From an uncultured Desulfobacteraceae bacterium (GTDB lineage Bacteria; Desulfobacterota; DSM-4660; Desulfatiglandales; HGW-15), in contig CAZGIZ010000003.1 in assembly GCA_964526655.1 (NCBI GenBank), positions 851 to 64,850 on the forward strand: a DNA stretch of 64,000 nt, given 5' to 3'. The notes beneath the pieces were generated by a model that saw nothing but the letters and a program-made list of their open reading frames with translations, was not told where the DNA came from and ran no database searches. Below are positions 37,086-45,058 of the stretch, piece after piece; position 1 is the first letter of the stretch, and each line of letters begins with the position of its first letter. The position numbers were made by a program, and so were the translations under genes.

Positions 37086-37853
37086 ATGAGACTTGCTGAT
37101 AAAGTGGCTATTATCACGGGAGCTGGTTCCGGAATGGGAAGGGCAAGCGCCCTTATGTTTGCCAAAGAAGGGGCCAAAATAGTTGCAGCGGACATGAACG
37201 AAGAGACCGGCCTGGAAACGGTGGGCAGCATCAAGGCCGACGGAGGGGAAGCAGTATTCGTAAAGGTCGATGTGTCAAATGAAGAGGATGTGAAAAGGAT
37301 GATCCAAACTGCCGTTGATAGTTTTGGCAAACTCAGCATCCTTTTCAACATTGCAGGATGTCCTCAGCCCACAAAGGCCTTTGAGACTATTGAGAATGAG
37401 GAATGGGACCGGATCATGGCTGTCAACGTTAAGAGTATATTCTATGCAGCAAAATATTCCCTGCCAGAATTGAAAAAGGAAAAGGGCGTGATCCTCAATA
37501 TAGCCTCCGTGGGCGGGGAGCTTCCCAGGCCGGGAAGCCTTGCCTATGCAACCTCCAAAGGCGCGGTCATCAATATGACCAGGGCCCTGGCCGTGGAACT
37601 GGCCAGATACAGGATACGGGTGAACTGTATCAACCCGGGGCCCACGGATACGCCGATGATGTTCAAGTTTATCCCGGAATTCAATGAGGATATCAAAAAA
37701 ACAATCGGATCCCATACTCCGCTTGGTAGCTGGGTAATGCCCGAGGACATAGCCAACGCGGGTGTCTTTCTGGCTTCTGACGAGGCTTCTAAGATTACAG
37801 GTTCCGCCCTCTCAGTGGACAGCGGCCTCAGAATCGGAAGAGGGGAAGTATAG
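37086..37853 (+). CDS. short-chain dehydrogenase/reductase (SDR)
   Basis: TGAGSGMG cofactor motif and catalytic YATSKGAV. Confidence 0.85.
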   Translation: MRLADKVAIITGAGSGMGRASALMFAKEGAKIVAADMNEETGLETVGSIKADGGEAVFVKVDVSNEEDVKRMIQTAVDSFGKLSILFNIAGCPQPTKAFETIENEEWDRIMAVNVKSIFYAAKYSLPELKKEKGVILNIASVGGELPRPGSLAYATSKGAVINMTRALAVELARYRIRVNCINPGPTDTPMMFKFIPEFNEDIKKTIGSHTPLGSWVMPEDIANAGVFLASDEASKITGSALSVDSGLRIGRGEV

Positions 37854-37886
37854 TTATTCTCAGGAAATATACGAGGAGATACTGAT

Positions 37887-39815
37887 ATGCAGGAATACCC
37901 CAATCTGTTCAAACCCATAACAATAAGAAATGTTGCCTTCAGGAACAGGATTTTTTCCACACCGAACCAGACGCGTTTCAAAGACAATGTGGAGATGGCC
38001 TATATGGAGGCCAAGGCCAGGGGAGGGGCGGCCCAGGTCACTGTCGGTGAAACGCCGGTTACAGGCAGATATGTGCGACAGTCCAGCGCCTATACCTTCG
38101 TGCTGGATGATCCCAGGGATATGAGGCTGCTGGCCGAGACTGCCCTGGCGATCAGGCTCCACGGGGCCGTGGCCTCCATCCAGCTCTATCATCCGGGTAA
38201 ATACACGGTGCTACACTTCAAGGGTGATCCAAATCCAATAGGCCCCATGGGATTTACACGGAACGACGGAGTAGAAGTCAAGGCCATGGATGAAGACATG
38301 ATCGAGCAGATAACCGAAACCTACGGCCTGGCAGCCGCCTTTGTCAAACGCGCGGGATTCGAATGCTGTCAGGTACACGGGGGACACGGGTGGCTGTTAT
38401 CACAATTCTTATCTCCTCTGACGAACCAGAGAACGGATAAATATGGCGGAAGCCTTGAAAACAGGGCGAGATTCCCAAAAGCCGTGGTTGAACGTATCAG
38501 GGAGAAATGCGGGCAGGATTTTGTGATCGAGTACAGGATAAGCGGGGATGAGCTTGTTGAAGGCGGGATGAGGATCGATGATGTTATCGAATTCATAAAG
38601 ATAATCGAGAACACCATCGACATTGTTCATGTCTCAGTAGGCGTTCATGAATCTCCAGAGACGGTCCACCGCATGTTTCCGCATATGTCTTTTACGGAGC
38701 ACGGCTGCAATGTTCACCTGGCAGCGGCCATGAAAAAGGCCGTGAACATCCCGGTCATAACCGTTGGCGGCATCTCCGATCCCGCACACGCGGAGAGGAT
38801 TCTGGAGGAAGGCAAGGCGGATATTATCGGGATGGCAAGGGCCCTGCTTGCAGATCCGGAACTCCCCAACAAGGCACGCAACGGCCGTTATCATGAGATT
38901 GTACCCTGTATCAGATGCAACAGGTGCCTGCATGGTGTGGGTTACAACGACGTAATTGCCTGCTCTGTAAACCCCCAGACAGGAAGGGAATTGCGATGGC
39001 AGACTGCGCCCCGTCCGGGTTCATCCCGAAAGGTGCTGGTCATCGGCGGCGGCCCGGCCGGCATGAAGGCCGCGATAACGGCCGTTGAAAGGGGCCATGA
39101 TGTAACCCTTTTTGAAAAAAGCGGATCCCTCGGCGGTCTCTTGAAGGTATCTGATTATGATCCTTTGAAGGATGATATAAGGGTATTTAAGAATTATTTG
39201 ATTAATAAGACCTTGTCCATGGTCAAAGTCAGGTTTAACACTGAGGCAACGAGGGAATTGGTGGAAAGAATCGCGCCGGATGTGGTAATCGCCGCGGTCG
39301 GATCGAGTCCCCTTTTACCCCCTATTCCGGGTATTAACGGGGAAACGGTAATGACTGCCCTGGATGCCTATTACAACGTGACGAAAGTCGGTGAAAAAGC
39401 GACTGTAATAGGCGGCGGACTGGTAGGCTGCGAGGTCGGCCTGTTCCTGGCTGAGAAAGGAAAGGATGTAACAATCGTTGAAATGACCGGTGATATAGGT
39501 GACCCCGTTTACTGGAGGCATACCATCCCATTGGTCATGAGAATGGATGCTACGGCGAATCTCAGATACAGGACCAATCAAAAATGTACGGAGATTACAG
39601 GTGCCGGCATAAGGATTAAGGATAAGGAAGGGAAGGAAGATTTCATCGAAGCCGATACCGTAGTTATCGCGGCAGGCATGGTTCCGAACAGGGCCGTTTT
39701 AGAGGAGCTACGCGATAGTGTACGGAATTTTTTCCCCATCGGTGACTGTGTAAAACCCCAAAATATCATGGAGGCCATGCAGGGCGGGTATTACGCGGCA
39801 CTCGATATAATTTAA
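37887..39815 (+). CDS. OYE-type FMN / FAD / [4Fe-4S] oxidoreductase (2-enoate reductase / 2,4-dienoyl-CoA reductase family), copy 1
   Basis: 642 aa with a TIM-barrel OYE part (QVHGGHGWLLSQFLSP), the Cys motif CIRCNRC...C, and a C-terminal GGGPAGM dinucleotide fold. Confidence 0.85.
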   Translation: MQEYPNLFKPITIRNVAFRNRIFSTPNQTRFKDNVEMAYMEAKARGGAAQVTVGETPVTGRYVRQSSAYTFVLDDPRDMRLLAETALAIRLHGAVASIQLYHPGKYTVLHFKGDPNPIGPMGFTRNDGVEVKAMDEDMIEQITETYGLAAAFVKRAGFECCQVHGGHGWLLSQFLSPLTNQRTDKYGGSLENRARFPKAVVERIREKCGQDFVIEYRISGDELVEGGMRIDDVIEFIKIIENTIDIVHVSVGVHESPETVHRMFPHMSFTEHGCNVHLAAAMKKAVNIPVITVGGISDPAHAERILEEGKADIIGMARALLADPELPNKARNGRYHEIVPCIRCNRCLHGVGYNDVIACSVNPQTGRELRWQTAPRPGSSRKVLVIGGGPAGMKAAITAVERGHDVTLFEKSGSLGGLLKVSDYDPLKDDIRVFKNYLINKTLSMVKVRFNTEATRELVERIAPDVVIAAVGSSPLLPPIPGINGETVMTALDAYYNVTKVGEKATVIGGGLVGCEVGLFLAEKGKDVTIVEMTGDIGDPVYWRHTIPLVMRMDATANLRYRTNQKCTEITGAGIRIKDKEGKEDFIEADTVVIAAGMVPNRAVLEELRDSVRNFFPIGDCVKPQNIMEAMQGGYYAALDII

Positions 39816-39905
39816 AGATAAGCTTTTGGTTCATTTTATTTGGGAAACCACCGTCGTGGAGGAGCAGGGAACAGAGGCTATGCCATAGGAGTCATTGCTC
39901 CGGTC

Positions 39906-40134
39906 GGGTTCTTTTTTTCAAGCCCTATCTATAGGCCAAGGTGGCGGTTCCCGCAGATGGAAGGGTTCAAGAGGACAGGTCATTTCATCTGAAAGGGACA
40001 TTCTGTCCTTCGGCTTTGCTCAGGACCGTGAGCTTGCCGAACGGCCAGGGGCTTTGTGGCGTGAACCTCCCATCTGCGGGAACGGCAGAGTCTGGTGGAA
40101 TTCTTTTTGAGATAGGGCTTGAAAGAAAGAACCC
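39906..40134. other. ~230-nt nested-hairpin element (structured RNA or MITE) in an intergenic gap
   Basis: Outer 25-bp stem at 39906-39930 / 40110-40134 with one G.U position. Second stem with a 14-bp perfect core (GTTCCCGCAGATGG) at 39943-39968 / 40063-40086. Two inner hairpins at 39972-40009 and 40010-40040. Confidence 0.6.
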
Positions 40135-40193
40135 AACCTCCGCTGTGGCTCCAAACCCTGGTCCTATGGCTCAGGATCTTAACTTCAGCCGTC

Positions 40194-40213
40194 ATTCCGG
40201 CGAAGGCCGGAAT
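40194..40213. repeat. ATTCCGGC-GAAG-GCCGGAAT hairpin unit (VIPAKAGIQ-type repeat)
   Basis: Perfect 8-bp stem with a tetraloop. The same unit, with a GAAA loop, occurs at 52137-52156. Confidence 0.6.
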
Positions 40214-40241
40214 CCAGAGTGAACTAAAAAAGAGGTCGGAA

Positions 40242-41051
40242 ATGAAAGGTATGAAGGTCTACATAATGCGAAGCGGGATCATTACGGACATGCCCAAAGA
40301 AATGCTCATCAGCACGGGAGCGCCCGTGGACCCGGAAGATGTGGTAAGGCTGCCCGTGTTGAGCTATTTGATTGATCACCCGGAGGGCATTGTCCTCTAT
40401 GATACGGGGCACAGCAGGGAGGAGCGCTATTTCAAGCCCACCGAACAGAAAGACAAGCCGGCCTGGCGGGTCCCTGAAGAGGATGAGCTGCCGAACCAGC
40501 TTAAACGGCTCGGCGTTGCCTTTAAAGACGTAAAGTACGTGGTCTGCTCCCACCTGCATATCGATCATACGGGGTACCTTGAATATTGCACAAATTCTGA
40601 AATAATAGCCAGTGATGCGGAGTTTTCTCATATGGCGAAGATGCATGCCCTGGGAAAACTGGATTATCCCTTTGTGAACGCCGATTTTGAGGAATGGCTG
40701 AGGGTGGGCCTAAACTGGCGGCTCATAGAGTCGGATGTCCAGGAATTTCAGCTCCTGGAAGGAATCAGGGTCTTTAATTTCGGTCCGGGCCATTCCTACG
40801 GGATGTTAGGTGTCCTCCTTGAGCTCGAGGAAACAGGAAATGTCATTATTATATCAGATGCCGTCTACTGCAGTGAAAACATGGGACCCCCGGTCCGTTT
40901 GCCGGGCTTTATCGTGGATAACGAGGGATACATTCGGACGGCCGAGCGCATTTTGCAACTCGCAGAGAAATATAATGCCCAAATCTGGTATGGCCATGAC
41001 ATGGAGCAATACGAGGGCCTGACATTAATGGATGACGGCTATTACAGCTAA
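40242..41051 (+). CDS. metallo-beta-lactamase-fold hydrolase, N-acyl-homoserine-lactonase-like
   Basis: HLHIDHTG (HxHxDH) motif. ATG 40242 follows AAAAGAGG. The ORF-track extension back to 40119 only translates repeat sequence. Confidence 0.75.
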   Translation: MKGMKVYIMRSGIITDMPKEMLISTGAPVDPEDVVRLPVLSYLIDHPEGIVLYDTGHSREERYFKPTEQKDKPAWRVPEEDELPNQLKRLGVAFKDVKYVVCSHLHIDHTGYLEYCTNSEIIASDAEFSHMAKMHALGKLDYPFVNADFEEWLRVGLNWRLIESDVQEFQLLEGIRVFNFGPGHSYGMLGVLLELEETGNVIIISDAVYCSENMGPPVRLPGFIVDNEGYIRTAERILQLAEKYNAQIWYGHDMEQYEGLTLMDDGYYS

Positions 41052-41069
41052 TAATATGGAGGGAATAAA

Positions 41070-43028
41070 ATGGGTCAATTCGAGCACGTCCTTTCCCCAT
41101 TTACCTTCGGTAATGTCAGAGTAAAAAACAGGATTGAGCTCGCCCCTGCCTGTTACATGTTGACCACGCACGACGGTTTTGTGACCAGGGAGATGATTGC
41201 TTACTATCAGAACTTTGCGAGGGGAGGGGCCGGGATCGTCACCATCGGAGAATCGCCCATCGACTTCGAGTATGCTAAGGGACACGAGTTCCAGTTAAAC
41301 TTGGGCGACGACAGGGTGATCAACGGGTTGAGCCGTATTGTGGAGGCCGTGCATCGATACGGGGCAAAGCTGTCCATAGAGCTTCATCATCCCGGCAGGT
41401 ATGTTCTGAACAAAAGGCCTGTTACCATTGGTCCTTCGCCTATCCCGGCGATGATGGAGGAATTGGCCGCTGCCAGGGACGACCGTCCGATCAGACCCAT
41501 CATTGAGATGAATCAGGAAATGATCGATAGGGTCATCGAGCATTTCGCGGAGGCTGCATACCGTTGCCTGAGAGCGGGATTCGAAATGGTCATGGTCCAC
41601 GGGGCGCACGGGCACCTGATTGCCCAGTTTCTCTCACCCTACACCAACAAGAGGAGCGACGGTTACGGGGGGAGCCTTGAGAACAGGGCCAAATTCGCCA
41701 TCCAGGTCCTCTCGGCCATAAGAAAGAAAGTGGGCGACAAGCTGGCCCTTGAGTATCGTATCAGCGCGGACGAGCTTGTAAAAGGCGGCATGGGCGCGGA
41801 GGAGACGATCGAGTTCGTGAAGATGATTGAGGACAAGATCGACCTTCTCCACGTCTCCGCTGGCATCCTCGCCCACCCGAAAATTATTCCTTTAATGATA
41901 CAGCCCACGTACCTTCCCCATATGTACAATGTGCATTACGCGGAACTGTTCAAAAAGGCCCTGAAGGTGCCCATCGTGACCGTGGGCTCCATCACGGATA
42001 TGGAAATGGCGGATCAGATCATTGCCGGGGGCAAGGCCGATATGGTAGCCATGGCCCGGGCCATTTTGGCTGATCCGGAGATCGTGAACAAGACCCGCCG
42101 TGGACAGGCCGAAGATGTGAGACCCTGCCTACGCTGTCATACCTGCAACAAGCTGACAGGTGCTTTCTACCCGATCCGCTGTGCCGTAAACCCTGTCCTC
42201 GGGAGGGAGCTGGATTATATCCCCCTTCCAATGGCAAGTGAAAAAAAGAAAGTTGTTGTCATAGGCGGTGGTCCGGCAGGTATGCAGGCGGCCATCACCG
42301 CATCGCAGAGGGGACATGAGGTAATCCTTTTTGAAAAAAGCGACGGGCTGGGGGGTAACCTGGTCCTGGCTGCCGGCCTGGATATCAAAGCAGACATGAA
42401 ACGCTATCTGAAATGGCTTGTCAACCAGACGGAGAAGGCCCCCCGTGTAACGGTCAGGCTGGGAAGGTCGGCGGACGCGGAGACCATCGCAGCGGAAAAG
42501 CCCGATGCCCTAATCATCGCCGCGGGAGCCGATCCTGTCATTCCGTCCATACCAGGGGTCGAGAAAGGGCATGTGGTCTGGGTGGGAGACGTGGATACGG
42601 GGAAAAAAGAGGTTGGTAAAACCGTGTTAGTGGCAGGGGGAGGGTCCACAGGAGGCGAAACAGCTTTGCAATTGGCAAAGGACGGAAAAAAGGTCACTAT
42701 AATTGAAATGCTCGGGTACGGCGAAGTGATCACAGGGTGGCCGAGGGGGCTTATGGATCAGTTGGAGGAGCTTGGCGTGCCATTTCTTACGGAGACAAAG
42801 CTGGAGGAGATAACGGATAAAGGCGCCGTTGTTATTGACAATAAGTGGAATCGATACGAGATCCCCGCGGATACGGTTATCCTCTCTCTGGGTTTTAAGC
42901 CCCGCACTGCGGTCGTTAATGAATTCAGTGGAATAACTTCGGATGTCCATGTGATCGGCGACTGCTTTAAGCCAAGGACGATCAAGGAAGCTGTTCATGA
43001 TGGATTTAACGTCGCTGTAGAAATATAG
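41070..43028 (+). CDS. OYE-type FMN / FAD / [4Fe-4S] oxidoreductase, copy 2
   Basis: 652 aa with VHGAHGHLIAQFLSP, the Cys motif CLRCHTC...C, and GGGPAGM. Confidence 0.85.
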   Translation: MGQFEHVLSPFTFGNVRVKNRIELAPACYMLTTHDGFVTREMIAYYQNFARGGAGIVTIGESPIDFEYAKGHEFQLNLGDDRVINGLSRIVEAVHRYGAKLSIELHHPGRYVLNKRPVTIGPSPIPAMMEELAAARDDRPIRPIIEMNQEMIDRVIEHFAEAAYRCLRAGFEMVMVHGAHGHLIAQFLSPYTNKRSDGYGGSLENRAKFAIQVLSAIRKKVGDKLALEYRISADELVKGGMGAEETIEFVKMIEDKIDLLHVSAGILAHPKIIPLMIQPTYLPHMYNVHYAELFKKALKVPIVTVGSITDMEMADQIIAGGKADMVAMARAILADPEIVNKTRRGQAEDVRPCLRCHTCNKLTGAFYPIRCAVNPVLGRELDYIPLPMASEKKKVVVIGGGPAGMQAAITASQRGHEVILFEKSDGLGGNLVLAAGLDIKADMKRYLKWLVNQTEKAPRVTVRLGRSADAETIAAEKPDALIIAAGADPVIPSIPGVEKGHVVWVGDVDTGKKEVGKTVLVAGGGSTGGETALQLAKDGKKVTIIEMLGYGEVITGWPRGLMDQLEELGVPFLTETKLEEITDKGAVVIDNKWNRYEIPADTVILSLGFKPRTAVVNEFSGITSDVHVIGDCFKPRTIKEAVHDGFNVAVEI

Positions 43029-43033
43029 CTATT

Positions 43034-43209
43034 TCACCACAGAGACACAGAGAACACAGAGTGTTCTTTTCATAGTATTTTTCCCTGAGAGGGGGAAAAA
43101 TACTATAAATCGATCCCTTCGGGAAAAAGGCAAATACCTTTATCAGAATTCCCTTCTCAGGAATTCTGATAAAATATCTTTCTCTGCGTCCTCTGTGTCT
43201 CTGCGGTGA
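43034..43209. repeat. 176-nt triple-hairpin MITE-like element
   Basis: Outer 28-nt inverted repeat: TCACCACAGAGACACAGAGAACACAGAG / CTCTGCGTCCTCTGTGTCTCTGCGGTGA, with 3 transition mismatches. Inner perfect 14-bp stems at 43072-43085/43093-43106 and 43139-43152/43160-43173. Confidence 0.7.
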
Positions 43210-43240
43210 GAAGACACACGATTAAACTGCGGGCAGTCCC

Positions 43241-44509
43241 ATGGGAATGACGATAACCGAAAAAATATTAGCCGATCACGCAGGATTAAAGGAAGTCTCT
43301 CCGGGTGATCTCATTGACGCCGAAATAGATGTCATTATGGGCCACGACCTTTCCACACCCCTTGCGATAAAGGAGATGGAAAGAATCGGGGCAAAGCGTG
43401 TCTTTGATCCGGAAAAGATTATCATCGTTCCCGACCACTTTACTCCGAACAAGGACCTGAAGGCCGCTGAAACCTGCAAGGGGCTCAGGAACTTCTGCAG
43501 GAATCAGGGAATCAACAATTATTTCGAGGTGGGGAGGATGGGAATATCCCACGCCCTGCTTCCCGAACAGGGGCTCGTGCTCCCCGGTGACCTTGTTGTG
43601 GGCGGAGACAGCCACACGTGCACTTACGGGGCCCTGGGCTGTTTTTCCACGGGAGTGGGCAGCACGGACCTTGCGGCAGCCATGATGACAGGGAAGTTGT
43701 GGTTTAAGGTCCCGGAGTCAATAAAATTTATTTACCACGGCAATCTCAACAAATGGGTATGCGGAAAGGACCTGATCCTTTTCACCATAGGGGATATCGG
43801 GGTTGACGGCGCTTTATATAGTGCAATGGAATTTGCAGGAAGCGCCATTGATAGATTGACCATATCAGACAGGTTGACCATGGCAAACATGGCCGTGGAG
43901 GCCGGGGCCAAAAACGGGATTTTTCAAGCAGATATAAAGACGGAGGAATATGTAAGGCACAGGGCGAAAAGGCCCTATAAGATCTTTCAAAGCGATCCTG
44001 ATGCATCTTATGCCGGTGTCCGGACCTATGATGTGGGAAAAATAGAGCCCCAGGTCGCCGTACCCCATCTCCCCAGTAATACAAGACCCCTAAGCCAACT
44101 GGCCGACATTACCATAGACCAGGTTGTCATAGGGTCCTGCACAAATGGGAGGATAGAGGATCTCAGGAGCGCGGCAAAGGTCCTCAAAGGAAACAGGGTC
44201 GCCCCCTATGTAAGGCTTATCATTATACCCGCCACCCAGCAGATATACCGCCAGGCAGTTCATGAAGGGCTTTTTGAGATTTTCATCGATGCGGGCGCGG
44301 CGATTTCGACCCCGACATGCGGCCCATGCGTGGGGGCCCACATGGGGCTGCTGGCAAAGGGAGAGCGGGCGGTCTCCACAACAAACAGAAATTTCATAGG
44401 ACGAATGGGTGATCCCGAGAGTGAAGTCTATCTTTCAAATCCTGCCGTTGCAGCCGCAAGCGCCGTGAAAGGGAGAATTGCACACCCTGATGAAGTGGTA
44501 AAAGATTAA
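43241..44509 (+). CDS. aconitase-family hydro-lyase large subunit (LeuC / homoaconitase / dimethylmaleate hydratase type)
   Basis: 422 aa with GGDSHT, GSCTNGR and CGPCVG cluster ligand motifs. Confidence 0.85.
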   Translation: MGMTITEKILADHAGLKEVSPGDLIDAEIDVIMGHDLSTPLAIKEMERIGAKRVFDPEKIIIVPDHFTPNKDLKAAETCKGLRNFCRNQGINNYFEVGRMGISHALLPEQGLVLPGDLVVGGDSHTCTYGALGCFSTGVGSTDLAAAMMTGKLWFKVPESIKFIYHGNLNKWVCGKDLILFTIGDIGVDGALYSAMEFAGSAIDRLTISDRLTMANMAVEAGAKNGIFQADIKTEEYVRHRAKRPYKIFQSDPDASYAGVRTYDVGKIEPQVAVPHLPSNTRPLSQLADITIDQVVIGSCTNGRIEDLRSAAKVLKGNRVAPYVRLIIIPATQQIYRQAVHEGLFEIFIDAGAAISTPTCGPCVGAHMGLLAKGERAVSTTNRNFIGRMGDPESEVYLSNPAVAAASAVKGRIAHPDEVVKD

Positions 44510-44522
44510 GACGGAGGGAAAA

Positions 44523-45017
44523 ATGATTTTCAGGGGACGGGCCTGGGTCTTTGGAGATGACATAGACACGGATGTGATTATTCCTGTCAGGTTTTGCAAC
44601 ACCACGGACCCGGATGAATTCGGCAAACACTGTATGCATGGGATCGATCCCGATTTCCCGAAAAAAATAGCCAGGGGCGATATCATTGTGGCCAGGAAAA
44701 ATTTTGGATGCGGCTCCTCCAGGGAACCGGCGCCAATATCCATTAAGGCCGCGGGTATCTCATGCGTAATTGCCAGGACGTTCGCCAGAATCTTTTACAG
44801 AAATGCCTTTAATGTCGGGCTTCCTCTCCTGGAGTGCACGGATGCGCCGGATGAGATAAGAGAGGGGGATGAAATAGAGGTCAATATAGATACGGGGGAG
44901 ATACTTGATGTCTCGACTAATAAAAAATTCAATGCGAAACCGATTCCCCCGTTTATGCAGGATTTAATCCGTGACAACGGATTAATGAATCACTTGGCAA
45001 AAACACTGGCTTTGTGA
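44523..45017 (+). CDS. aconitase-family hydro-lyase small subunit (LeuD type)
   Basis: 164 aa with GRAWVFGDDIDTD and NFGCGSSRE motifs. Confidence 0.85.
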   Translation: MIFRGRAWVFGDDIDTDVIIPVRFCNTTDPDEFGKHCMHGIDPDFPKKIARGDIIVARKNFGCGSSREPAPISIKAAGISCVIARTFARIFYRNAFNVGLPLLECTDAPDEIREGDEIEVNIDTGEILDVSTNKKFNAKPIPPFMQDLIRDNGLMNHLAKTLAL

Positions 45018-45058
45018 AAATAACAGATTCATAGGATTTCTATTCCGGAGGAGCTGCA

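Noticed and set aside
39895-40222. Three overlapping ORFs on both strands (39895..40110, 39941..40222, 39980..40195), plus the 40119 start given for the lactonase gene
   Set aside because: They lie entirely in the nested inverted-repeat element and the VIPAKAGIQ-type hairpin. The symmetry of the repeats keeps the frames open. The lactonase has a proper ATG and RBS at 40242.
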